From NCBI GenBank assembly GCA_001795385.1, contig MGOU01000022.1, positions 33,566 through 97,565 on the forward strand: a stretch of 64,000 nt of DNA. Direction: 5' to 3'. Below the pieces are notes generated by a model that did not search any database, was not told the DNA's origin, and worked only from the letters and a program-made list of their open reading frames with translations. The DNA comes from Clostridiales bacterium GWD2_32_19. Its GTDB lineage: Bacteria; Bacillota; Clostridia; Lachnospirales; UBA12420. The translations under genes were made by a program, and so were the position numbers. How positions within the stretch are numbered: position 1 is the first letter of the stretch; each line of letters starts with the position of its first letter. Below are positions 1 through 8,590 of the stretch, one piece after another.

Positions 1-1
1 T

Positions 2-400
2 GAGTCAATTAATAGAATACAAGGTATTACTAGGGTTCCTAAAGCACCTGCTTACATTAATGGAGTAATAAATGTACGCGGGGACATAATACCAGTAATG
101 AGTTTAAGAAAAAAGCTTAACTTTGAAGATGATGCTTTTACAAATAACAGTAGGATAATCATTATAAAGAAGCAAGATGCAAGTATTGCTATTATTGTTG
201 ATAAGGTAAAAGAAGTAGTTGGATTAGATGGAAAGAATATAGAAACTGTTCAAGAATTAAATACGAAAATAGGTATAGATTTTATAAAAGGCGTAGGCAA
301 AATTGATAATAGAATTGTCACTATAATAAACATAAATAAGTTAATCGAAAATATAGAAGAAGAGCTTATTGGTGATTTGAGGTTAAATGATGCAAGATAA
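2..400 (+). CDS. cheW: CheW chemotaxis coupling protein, 5' end outside window
   Basis: Frame is open from base 2. Contains ...VPKAPAYINGVINVRGDIIPV... and IAIIVDKVKEVV, typical of the CheW domain. Followed directly by cheC-cheD. Confidence 0.85.
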   Translation, partial: ESINRIQGITRVPKAPAYINGVINVRGDIIPVMSLRKKLNFEDDAFTNNSRIIIIKKQDASIAIIVDKVKEVVGLDGKNIETVQELNTKIGIDFIKGVGKIDNRIVTIININKLIENIEEELIGDLRLNDAR

Positions 401-998
401 ATTGGATGAGTTACATATGGATGTTCTAAAAGAATTGGGTAATATTGGTGCAGGAAATGCTACAACTGCACTGTCTCAAATGCTTAATAGGTCTATAATG
501 ATGAGAGTACCCGAGGTTAAGGTAGTAGAGCTTAAAGATGTATCAGCTATACTTGGCGGTGAAGAAAATATGGTTGCAGGTATTCTAGTTAAGATATCTG
601 GAGACATTAATGGTATTATGATGTATGTTTTAGAATATGAGTCTGTTCGTATTATGCTTAATATTTTGTTGAATAAGAACATAACAAGCGAAGATGAGCT
701 ATGTGAGATGGACTTATCTGCATTAAAAGAAATAGGTAATATACTAACAGGTTCATATCTTACGGCTTTGTCTAAGCTAACAAATCTAACGATGATACAA
801 TCAATACCAAAGTTAGCTTTTGATATGGCAGGAGCGATACTAAGCGTACCTGCGATACTCTTTGGTAAAACAGGGGACAGTGTATTATTTATTAAGACAG
901 ACTTTAATGAAGGGGATTGTGATGTAGTGGGGTATTATATATTGATTCCAGAATTGCAATCGTTTGATAAAATTATGAAGTCGCTAGGGGTAGTCTAA
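387..998 (+). CDS. cheC: CheC chemotaxis phosphatase (CheC/FliY family)
   Basis: Duplicated motif DVLKELGNIGAGNATTALSQML and LKEIGNILTGSYLTALS. Overlaps the cheW stop and lies upstream of cheD. Confidence 0.85.
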   Translation: MMQDKLDELHMDVLKELGNIGAGNATTALSQMLNRSIMMRVPEVKVVELKDVSAILGGEENMVAGILVKISGDINGIMMYVLEYESVRIMLNILLNKNITSEDELCEMDLSALKEIGNILTGSYLTALSKLTNLTMIQSIPKLAFDMAGAILSVPAILFGKTGDSVLFIKTDFNEGDCDVVGYYILIPELQSFDKIMKSLGVV

Positions 999-999
999 T

Positions 1000-1500
1000 A
1001 TGATTAATAGTGAGGATATAGAAGTAGTAAAGGTGGGGATGGCGGATTTTAACATTGTGAAGAATCCTGGTATGATAACCACTCTAGGTTTAGGATCCTG
1101 TGTAGCAGTTGTATTATATGATACTAAATTAAAAATAGCAGGTATGGCACATGTTATGTTACCAAGTAGTAAAGCTATCAAAAACAATAATAATAGAGCG
1201 AAATTTGCGGATACGGCTATAAGTGATTTACTAAGTATGATGGAAAATGAAGGAATGAGAAGGCAAAACTTAATTGCAAAGATTGCTGGTGGTTCTCAAA
1301 TGTTTGATTTTGATAGTGCTGATGATGTATTTAGTGTAGGTAGGAAGAATATTCAAGCATGTAAAGAAATTTTAGCTGAAATTAGAATTTCAATAATTGC
1401 CGAAGATACTGGAGAAAACTATGGAAGAACCGTTGAATTTTATACGGCTGACGGATCTTTTAAAATAAAAAGTGTAGGAAAACCAGAGAAGATAATATAA
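1000..1500 (+). CDS. cheD: CheD chemoreceptor glutamine deamidase
   Basis: GLGSCVAVVLYD catalytic Cys region and GMAHVMLP, 166 aa. Matches cheC-cheD synteny. Confidence 0.9.
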   Translation: MINSEDIEVVKVGMADFNIVKNPGMITTLGLGSCVAVVLYDTKLKIAGMAHVMLPSSKAIKNNNNRAKFADTAISDLLSMMENEGMRRQNLIAKIAGGSQMFDFDSADDVFSVGRKNIQACKEILAEIRISIIAEDTGENYGRTVEFYTADGSFKIKSVGKPEKII

Positions 1501-1537
1501 AGTTCGGATATCTTGTTCTTGAGTGAGATGAAAAATA

Positions 1538-1701
1538 TTAATCTCTTTGGGTTTAATTCCCCGTCGGCTTGCCGCGTTCTTGTCATTGCGAGGAGGTTCT
1601 TTCGACGAAGCAATCTCGTTTTTGAAAGATGAGATTGCTTCGCAAAAAACGCTCGCAATGACAACATGATACCCCGTCGGCTTGCCGCGGGGAGATTCAT
1701 T
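1538..1701 (+). repeat. GC-rich nested-hairpin dispersed repeat, copy A
   Basis: Near-identical to 35324-35486 and diverged from 13456-13616. Outer stem gtcattgcgag/ctcgcaatgac, inner stem gaagcaatctc/gagattgcttc, 3' hairpin ccccg..cgggg. Confidence 0.9.
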
Positions 1702-1737
1702 AAAATTTTTTGTTATTTGATTTAGGGGGGTGATATA

Positions 1738-2514
1738 TTGGGTGCTATTATTAAAAACAGCGAAGAACTTGAAAAAGCTTGGAAAGAATATGTAAAATAT
1801 AATACGCAGGAACTCAAAGACAAAATAATAATAGGTTATTCCCCTTTAGTTAAGTATATTGCAGGAAGAGTAAATATATATTTATGCAATAATGTTGAGT
1901 TTGAAGAGTTAGTTAGTTTTGGTGTTTTTGGATTAATTGATGCAGTTAATAAATTTCAATTAACCAAAAATGTAAAGTTTGAAACCTATGCGTCTCTTAG
2001 AATAAGAGGTGCGATATTAGATAGTGTTAGAAAAATGGATTGGATACCAAGGTCACTTAGGCATAAACAGAAAAAAGTTGATTTAGTAATGTCTGAACTA
2101 GAAACAGAGTTAGGTAGAGAACCGACTGATGAAGAATTAGCACAAAAACTTGGGATTAATTTAGATGAACTACAAGAAGTAATCACAGAAACAAATATTT
2201 CAGCAATGGTATCTCTAGATGAATATACCGAACAAAATTATGAGTCTAATATAAATGAGTTTACAACCAATAAATCAGAACAACCAGAATATGAAATAGA
2301 AAAAAAAGAAACAAAAGAGATGTTGAAATCAGCTGTTAACTCCCTTTCAGAAAGAGAACAAAAAATTATATTTTTATATTACTTCGAAGAATTGACACTA
2401 AAAGAAATCAGCAAGATATTAGAAATTTCAGAATCAAGAATATCACAAATACACTCGAGAGCTATAGTAAGGTTAAGAGGTAAGTTAGGGGATAGTAATT
2501 ACCTATTAGCTTAA
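1738..2514 (+). CDS. sigD: Flagellar sigma-28 factor (FliA/SigD/WhiG family), TTG start
   Basis: Region 2 (FGLIDAVNKF..., ASLRIRGAILD) and region 4 HTH (LTLKEISKILEISESRISQIHSRA). Position after cheD as in fla/che operons. Confidence 0.9.
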   Translation: MGAIIKNSEELEKAWKEYVKYNTQELKDKIIIGYSPLVKYIAGRVNIYLCNNVEFEELVSFGVFGLIDAVNKFQLTKNVKFETYASLRIRGAILDSVRKMDWIPRSLRHKQKKVDLVMSELETELGREPTDEELAQKLGINLDELQEVITETNISAMVSLDEYTEQNYESNINEFTTNKSEQPEYEIEKKETKEMLKSAVNSLSEREQKIIFLYYFEELTLKEISKILEISESRISQIHSRAIVRLRGKLGDSNYLLA

Positions 2515-2540
2515 TAGAAATACGGAAGGGGTATATTGGT

Positions 2541-3947
2541 ATGGATGAAAAAGATGATTCACAGCAGATTCAAAAGAATGAATCAATGACAGTGAAAATT
2601 ACACCTGATAAGATGGATGCATACATTATGTTTCACGCTCCAAAAAATGATGGTAGAAAATTGACTAAGGAAGAGATACAAGATTATATTCAACTAGAAG
2701 GTTTGAGGGAAAGTATTGATCAAGGTGCTTTAGAAAGTCTTTTTGAAAGTAGAAATTATGAGTTTCTATATAATATAGCACAGGGAAAACAAACTATCAA
2801 AGGTGAAGATGGAAAAGTTATATATAATTTTCAGACGGAAAAGAAAATAAAACCCAAAGAAAGAGAAGACGGAACGGTTGATTTCTATAACTTGAATCTT
2901 ATTGAGAATGTTCATGATGGTGATGTACTAGCGGTTATTATACCTCCTACTGATGGGGAGGACGGTTATAATGTTTTAGGTCAGCCATTATTTGCTTCTA
3001 AAGGTAAACCAGTGAATGCTAAAAGAGGAAGAAATGTATCAGTAAGTGACGATGGGTTAAAGCTTTTTGCTACGAAAGATGGACAAGTAGGATTGATAGA
3101 TGGAAAGATTGTTATAAACGAAGTATTTGAAGTGGCTTCTGATGTTAATACAAGTACAGGAAATATAAATTTTGTTGGAAGTGTTATAATAAGAGGAAAT
3201 GTACTTAGTGATTTCAAAGTCTTTGCGGCTGGAAACATAGATATATATGGAGTAGTAGAAGGTGCAATACTTGAATCAAAGGGAAGTATGAATTTGCATA
3301 GTGGTGTACTTGGAAACGGAAAAGCTGAGATAAAAGTAGGTGGAGACCTTGTAGCAAAATATATAGAAAACTGTAATGTTATAGTTAGCGGAAATATAGT
3401 TAGCGAAGCAATCCTACACTCGAATGTCAGATGTAGTAAAAACATAGAAATTGGAGGAAAGACAGGTCTAATCGTAGGTGGAGTTGTCACTGCAGGAAAG
3501 CTTATAAAGGCTAAAGTGGTTGGTTCAAACTTCGGGACATGTACAGAATTAAAAGTTGGAATAGATCCTAATCTAATTGAAATGTATAAGAAAAATAAAG
3601 AAGAAATAGAAAGAATAAAGGATGAGAAAGTGAAGTCTGGGCAATTGCAAGAGTTGTTAGAAGCTAAAAATAAAAAGAGCTTACTTGATGATGAGAAGAA
3701 AGGATTACTAGAAAAAATAGTTCATACTAATAATTCTATAACTAGACGTATTGAGGAGTTGAACGAAGAACAAGAATTACTTATGCAGAAAATTCAAGAA
3801 ATTGAAAACGGTGAGATAAAAATTGAACAAAAAATATGTCCAAATGTAGAAATTTATATATCTAATGCATATATGAGAACAAAAGAAGATTTATCGAGAT
3901 GTACCTTGAGAAAAGAAGGAGCAGACGTTAAAATATCTGCTTACTAA
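2541..3947 (+). CDS. FapA-family (DUF342) protein
   Basis: Beta-helix-like G-x-I/V repeats (NINFVGSVIIRGNV...GNIDIYGVVEGA...) followed by a C-terminal coiled coil. Flagellar operon context. Confidence 0.7.
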   Translation: MDEKDDSQQIQKNESMTVKITPDKMDAYIMFHAPKNDGRKLTKEEIQDYIQLEGLRESIDQGALESLFESRNYEFLYNIAQGKQTIKGEDGKVIYNFQTEKKIKPKEREDGTVDFYNLNLIENVHDGDVLAVIIPPTDGEDGYNVLGQPLFASKGKPVNAKRGRNVSVSDDGLKLFATKDGQVGLIDGKIVINEVFEVASDVNTSTGNINFVGSVIIRGNVLSDFKVFAAGNIDIYGVVEGAILESKGSMNLHSGVLGNGKAEIKVGGDLVAKYIENCNVIVSGNIVSEAILHSNVRCSKNIEIGGKTGLIVGGVVTAGKLIKAKVVGSNFGTCTELKVGIDPNLIEMYKKNKEEIERIKDEKVKSGQLQELLEAKNKKSLLDDEKKGLLEKIVHTNNSITRRIEELNEEQELLMQKIQEIENGEIKIEQKICPNVEIYISNAYMRTKEDLSRCTLRKEGADVKISAY

Positions 3948-3960
3948 TGGAGATGATTAT

Positions 3961-4305
3961 ATGGCTATTAGACCAATAGATATGCAAACTATAGCTGCTA
4001 CAAATAGTGAGTACAGCAAGGTGCAACAAAATACTAATGCACACGGGCAAAATGTACAACACAATATAGCGGAGAGTATGAGAAAAGTTGATCAAGTTCG
4101 TCAAACTAAAGTACAGAAAACAGAAAATATTGAACATAAAAAACTAAATGTTGAAGACAAAGATAAAGATGAAAATAGAAAAAAACATAAAAAATATAAG
4201 CAGTACACAAAAAATAAAAAATTAGAAAGTATAGAAGAAGATGATGATGACGAACAAAAAGATGACGATAATAAAAATCATAAACATATAGACCTGAAGA
4301 TTTAG
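3961..4305 (+). CDS. Hypothetical highly charged small protein
   Basis: RBS ggagatg upstream. 114 aa with a K-rich then D/E-rich tail. No recognised domain. Confidence 0.5.
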   Translation: MAIRPIDMQTIAATNSEYSKVQQNTNAHGQNVQHNIAESMRKVDQVRQTKVQKTENIEHKKLNVEDKDKDENRKKHKKYKQYTKNKKLESIEEDDDDEQKDDDNKNHKHIDLKI

Positions 4306-4319
4306 ACGGGGGTGTTTTA

Positions 4320-4904
4320 ATGCTTTCTTTAATAATAAGCATAGTGTTATTTTTTATGGGATTAATAGTATTTATATTTGGTTATATAAGCAAATATGAA
4401 TTAGTTAAAGATGGATATATTGAAGAGTCGAATTTATCAAAGGTAACTAAAGAAAAGGAAGAATTAAGTTTAAAGGTTGACGAAGCTGACAAGGTTTTGC
4501 AAGAGTTAAACAAGTTCTCCACATATGTTTCTAAAGAACTTGATACTAAGCATAAAGAACTCTTGTTTTTGTATCAAATGATAGATGAAAAGCAAGAATC
4601 TTTAGCTAAGAAGGAAAAAGAGGTAGTAAAAAAGACTAAAAAAGTAACCTTAGATGAAAAAAACGAAGAAAGAAGTATAAAAGAAAATAAACAGAAGACG
4701 GAAGCTAACGAAAAAGAGGAACACCAATTTACGACTATAAATGATGAATTAAAGGTAAAGAATATATTAAAGGGTAATCAAACGATACAAGAAAAAATTC
4801 AAGCATTACACAATGCAGGTAAATCAATCGATGAGATAGCAAGCACATTAAGAAAAGGAAAGAATGAAATTAGATTAATGATTGGTATGGGAAAAAAGGA
4901 GTGA
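4320..4904 (+). CDS. Hypothetical membrane-anchored coiled-coil protein with HTH-like C-terminus
   Basis: N-terminal TM helix (LIISIVLFFMGLIVFIFGYI), charged coiled coil, C-terminal IDEIASTLRKGKNEIRLMIG. RBS gggggtg upstream. Confidence 0.55.
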   Translation: MLSLIISIVLFFMGLIVFIFGYISKYELVKDGYIEESNLSKVTKEKEELSLKVDEADKVLQELNKFSTYVSKELDTKHKELLFLYQMIDEKQESLAKKEKEVVKKTKKVTLDEKNEERSIKENKQKTEANEKEEHQFTTINDELKVKNILKGNQTIQEKIQALHNAGKSIDEIASTLRKGKNEIRLMIGMGKKE

Positions 4905-4910
4905 TTAAAT

Positions 4911-5369
4911 TTGAAAACAGTGAAAATAGGATTTATTATGGGATTTGGAATTGGACTAATGACAGTATCAGCAATAATGTTTGCTGTAGCTATGTCAGAT
5001 TTGAATAAAACTGAAAATACTAAAATTAAAGAAAATCAAAAGAGTACAAGTGTGATAAAAGAAGATAATACGGAAGTACCCAAAGAGATAAAGAAAGAAA
5101 CAGAAGGAGAAACAAAAGTTGAACAAGAAGATACATCTGACACAGCTAAGTTAGAAGAATCAGAGAAAGAAATTATAAGTATTATAATACCAAAGGGCAG
5201 TGATTCGTTTGCTGTAGCTAGGATATTATACGACAATAAGCTTATAGAAAATGAAAATAATTTTCAAGTATATTTAGAAAAACAAAATAAAGGTACACTG
5301 TTACAATATGGAACATTTAATATAAAACAAGGCAGTAGTTATGATGATATTATTAAAAAAATAACTTGA
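4911..5369 (+). CDS. Membrane-anchored protein with MltG/YceG N-terminal-like domain, TTG start
   Basis: TM helix, acidic linker, then IIIPKGSDSFAVARILYDNKLI...GTFNIKQGSSYDDIIKKI, which resembles the LysM-like N-domain of MltG. Confidence 0.5.
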   Translation: MKTVKIGFIMGFGIGLMTVSAIMFAVAMSDLNKTENTKIKENQKSTSVIKEDNTEVPKEIKKETEGETKVEQEDTSDTAKLEESEKEIISIIIPKGSDSFAVARILYDNKLIENENNFQVYLEKQNKGTLLQYGTFNIKQGSSYDDIIKKIT

Positions 5370-5415
5370 TAAAAATGATATTTGTATAAAATATTATTTT
5401 TATCAAGTTATTTTT
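5357..5415 (+). terminator. Long AT-rich hairpin ending the fla/che operon
   Basis: 20-bp perfect arms (5357-5376 / 5396-5415), then a G-U pair and 6 more bp around the 5-nt loop gtata. Includes the stop codon of 4911-5369. Confidence 0.6.
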
Positions 5416-5428
5416 AATTAAAAACTAC

Positions 5429-5457
5429 TTGCAAATATAAGAAAAATTGGGTAGAAT
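5429..5457 (+). promoter_or_regulatory. Sigma-A-like promoter upstream of pyrH
   Basis: TTGCAA (5429-5434), 17 nt, TAGAAT (5452-5457). Confidence 0.55.
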
Positions 5458-5570
5458 ATATAAGTATGTAATTATATGAAATAAAATATAAATGTATATT
5501 AACAGATAGTGTCAAAAGTTTTATGAAAAAATGAAATTTTACACACATATTAACAGCAGGAGGAAAAATT

Positions 5571-6272
5571 ATGTATAAGAGAGTACTTATAAAATTAAGT
5601 GGTGAGGCTTTGGCAGGAGATAAAAGGTTCGGTTTTGATGATAAGCCAGCGTCAGTAGTAGCAGAAGAAATTAAGGAAATAGTAAGTAGGGGAATAGAAG
5701 TAGCATTGGTTGTTGGGGCAGGTAATATATGGCGTGGTAGGGATAGTAAAAATATGGACATGACAAAATCACATCATATAGGGATACTTTCTACAGTAAT
5801 TAATGCTATTTATATGGGAGAACTATTACGTATTAATGGTATAAACGCCATAATACAAACCCCATTTGTAGTAGGGTCTATGACAGAACAGTTTGTAAAA
5901 GAAAAGGCGATAGATTACATGAAAAAGGGCAAGGTTGTTATTTTTGCAGGCGGTACTGGACATCCATTCTTTTCAACAGATACTGGAGCAGCACTAAGAG
6001 CTATAGAAATAGAGGCTGATATATTACTACTTGCGAAAAGTATAGATGCAGTTTATGATTCAGACCCTAAAGTCAATCCCGATGCTAAGAAATACGACGA
6101 AATAACATTTAAAGAGATAATAACAAAAGGATTGAATGTAATAGATATGACTGCTGCAAGCTTATGTCTAGAAAATGGAATGAATACTATATTATTTGCC
6201 TTAAGTGAAGACCGTAGTATAGTGAAAATTTTAGACGGATATAAATTAGGTACAATAATTAAAACAGAATAA
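5571..6272 (+). CDS. pyrH: UMP kinase
   Basis: KLSGEAL..., GAGNIWRG, GGTGHPFFSTDTGAALRA motifs. RBS aggagg upstream. Confidence 0.95.
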   Translation: MYKRVLIKLSGEALAGDKRFGFDDKPASVVAEEIKEIVSRGIEVALVVGAGNIWRGRDSKNMDMTKSHHIGILSTVINAIYMGELLRINGINAIIQTPFVVGSMTEQFVKEKAIDYMKKGKVVIFAGGTGHPFFSTDTGAALRAIEIEADILLLAKSIDAVYDSDPKVNPDAKKYDEITFKEIITKGLNVIDMTAASLCLENGMNTILFALSEDRSIVKILDGYKLGTIIKTE

Positions 6273-6454
6273 AAGTAAAATTTTGATTAAAACACTTGAA
6301 AAAAACACTAAAAAGTGATAAAGTTATAGTGTGATAATATTGGCTGGTATATTCTTACTGAATGTAGTAATGAATTGTTCGTAAAAATAATCACCATAAC
6401 TAAACCATCACCTAGGAAGTATGTACTACATTTGAAAATATGGGAGGAGATATC

Positions 6455-7012
6455 ATGAACGATAATTTACAGCAATTAGACAACAAGATGAAGGGTGTAA
6501 TAGAGGGACTTGAAAGAGAATTTACTACAGTTAGAGCAGGAAGGGCAAATCCACATATATTAGATAGAATAACTATTGATTATTATGGAACACCTACATT
6601 ATTAAATCAGGTTGCAAATATATCAGTACCAGAAGCAAAGCTTATAGAAATAAAGCCATGGGAAAGCAATTTGTTAAAAGAGATAGAAAAGTCGATATCT
6701 GCATCTCAGGATATAGATTTAAATCCAACAAATGATGGAAAGGTTATAAGACTTAGATTTCCTGATCTTACAGAAGCAAGAAGAAAAGATTTAGTAAAGG
6801 ATGTAAAAAAACGTGCAGAAAACTCTAAAATTATTATAAGAAATGTCAGAAGAGATGAATTAGAACTTTTCAAAAAACAACAAAAAGATAATAAGATAAC
6901 AGAAGATGATATTAAAGTAATAGAAAAGGAAGTTCAAGATTTAACTGATAAATACAATAGAAAAATTGAAGAAATGACAGATATAAAAGAAAAAGAGATA
7001 ATGACAGTTTAA
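6455..7012 (+). CDS. frr: Ribosome recycling factor
   Basis: RAGRANPHILDRI, typical 185-aa length from the ATG at 6455, which is preceded by gggaggag. The track ORF starts 15 nt earlier. Confidence 0.92.
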   Translation: MNDNLQQLDNKMKGVIEGLEREFTTVRAGRANPHILDRITIDYYGTPTLLNQVANISVPEAKLIEIKPWESNLLKEIEKSISASQDIDLNPTNDGKVIRLRFPDLTEARRKDLVKDVKKRAENSKIIIRNVRRDELELFKKQQKDNKITEDDIKVIEKEVQDLTDKYNRKIEEMTDIKEKEIMTV

Positions 7013-7045
7013 ACATTTTACAGTTTAAAAAAGAGAGGTAAAATT

Positions 7046-7747
7046 ATGAATATTGATATGAGTAATTTGCCAGAGCATATAGGAATTATAATGGACGGCA
7101 ATAGAAGATGGGCTAAAAAAAATGGGTTTTCTAAAATAAAAGGACACAGAGAAGGGGCAAATACCTTAAAAATACTAGTTGAGAACGCTAGTAAGTTAGG
7201 AATAAAGTATTTAACTGTTTATGCTTTTTCAACTGAAAATTGGAAGAGAGAAGAAAATGAGGTAAATGAAATAATGAACCTCCTTCGAGAATTTCTAATT
7301 GAATGTGAGAGAAAGTATACAAAAGAAGATTATGTAGTGGGATTTATTGGAGACTCATCAGCATTAACTCAAGATATTCAAGATAGGATGAGAAGAGTTA
7401 GCGAAAAGACAAAAGATAAGAAAGGTCTTCATTTATACATAGCCATCAATTATGGTGGAAGAGATGAAATTATTAGAGCTGTGAGAAAGATGGTTGAGAG
7501 TGGTACAAAGGAACTAGAGATTACAGAAAAAAGACTTTCTGAATATCTAGATACAAGTGGAGTACCTGATCCAGAACTTATCATAAGGACAAGCGGTGAA
7601 ATGAGGATTAGTAATTTTTTGACATGGCAATCAGTATATAGTGAATTTTATTTTTCTGATAAGTATTGGCCAGACTTTTCGATAGATGATTTTAAATTAG
7701 CAATATTGGATTTTCAAAATAGAAACAGAAGGTTTGGGGGCATATGA
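7046..7747 (+). CDS. uppS: Undecaprenyl diphosphate synthase
   Basis: IIMDGNRRWA, YAFSTENWKR, IRTSGEMRISNFLTWQ motifs. Confidence 0.95.
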   Translation: MNIDMSNLPEHIGIIMDGNRRWAKKNGFSKIKGHREGANTLKILVENASKLGIKYLTVYAFSTENWKREENEVNEIMNLLREFLIECERKYTKEDYVVGFIGDSSALTQDIQDRMRRVSEKTKDKKGLHLYIAINYGGRDEIIRAVRKMVESGTKELEITEKRLSEYLDTSGVPDPELIIRTSGEMRISNFLTWQSVYSEFYFSDKYWPDFSIDDFKLAILDFQNRNRRFGGI

Positions 7748-8558
7748 TATGTTAATGCGGATACTTAGTAGCGCTGTAGGATTAGCTATATTGTGTGTAA
7801 TACTTGTTACAGATAGACAGATGCTTTATTTTGCAACTGCTGTTGTAGGGGTATTGGGACTTAAAGAGTTTTATGATGCAATGAAGCAAAAAAGTAATCC
7901 ACTAAGCAAAACGGGATTACTCTTTGGTGCTATATATATACTGTTAATTGGAATAACTAATTTGTATAATACATACTCTGTTATTTTAATACTTATTATG
8001 TTTTTAACGGTATTTACGGTTATAATTATAAGTTATAAGGAACATAATATAATGGATGCAGCAATAACAATTACTGGTTTTTTTTATGTTTGTGTATTAC
8101 TTTCGTATGTGCCGTTGGTAAGAAACTTAGAAGCAGGACACTTATACATATGGCTTATATTTTTAGTAGGTTGGGCAAGTGATACAGGAGCTTATCTAAT
8201 AGGATTCACTTTAGGAAAAACAAAGTTGTGCCCAGATATAAGCCCTAAGAAAACAGTGGCAGGAGCGGTCGGCGGAATATTATTTAGTATAATTTTTGTT
8301 CAAGTTTATATGATTATATTAATAAAATATTATCATATGAATATAGATGGATATATAGGAATTGCTCTTTTAATTGGTACAATAGGAAGTATTATTTCAC
8401 AAATAGGAGATTTATTAGCTTCATCTATAAAAAGATATGTAGGAATAAAAGATTTTGGAGAAATGATACCAGGACATGGGGGAATACTAGATAGATTTGA
8501 TAGTATATTATTTGTAGCACCATTTGTGTATTATGTAATAACGATGATGATGCTGTAA
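7734..8558 (+). CDS. cdsA: Phosphatidate cytidylyltransferase
   Basis: Polytopic membrane protein with signature SSIKRYVGIKDFGEMIPGHGGILDRFDS. The start could be 7749. Confidence 0.9.
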   Translation: MGAYDMLMRILSSAVGLAILCVILVTDRQMLYFATAVVGVLGLKEFYDAMKQKSNPLSKTGLLFGAIYILLIGITNLYNTYSVILILIMFLTVFTVIIISYKEHNIMDAAITITGFFYVCVLLSYVPLVRNLEAGHLYIWLIFLVGWASDTGAYLIGFTLGKTKLCPDISPKKTVAGAVGGILFSIIFVQVYMIILIKYYHMNIDGYIGIALLIGTIGSIISQIGDLLASSIKRYVGIKDFGEMIPGHGGILDRFDSILFVAPFVYYVITMMML

Positions 8559-8590
8559 TTAGTAATTAACTAAAAAAAGGGGAGAGATAG

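Noticed and set aside
1440-1700. 86-aa - strand ORF spanning the cheD-sigD spacer.
   Set aside because: It is created by the GC-rich repeat element, and the same pseudo-peptide would arise at every copy. It has no RBS and overlaps the cheD 3' end.
2981-3490. Long antisense ORFs in the track. Examples: 2981-3490, 8641-9027, 20614-20991, 22727-23281, 31382-31861, 36430-36837, 42403-42810, 55271-55702, 56074-56541 and 58280-58687, all on the - strand.
   Set aside because: Each lies fully inside a + strand gene with strong family motifs. They lack RBS support, and their translations are low-complexity S/I/F/L/P-rich strings typical of the antisense frame of AT-rich coding DNA.
5414-5761. 115-aa - strand ORF over the pyrH promoter and 5' end.
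   Set aside because: It overlaps the well-supported pyrH gene and its promoter, and the sequence is low complexity.
6355-6372. Similarity between the frr leader (ttactgaatgtagtaatgaa) and the ftsE leader (ttactgcgtaatgtagtgaaa at 30323-30343), each with a downstream tactaca complement.
   Set aside because: The shared core is only about 8 nt (aatgtagt), which is expected by chance a few times in 64 kb of AT-rich DNA. The flanking similarity is gapped.
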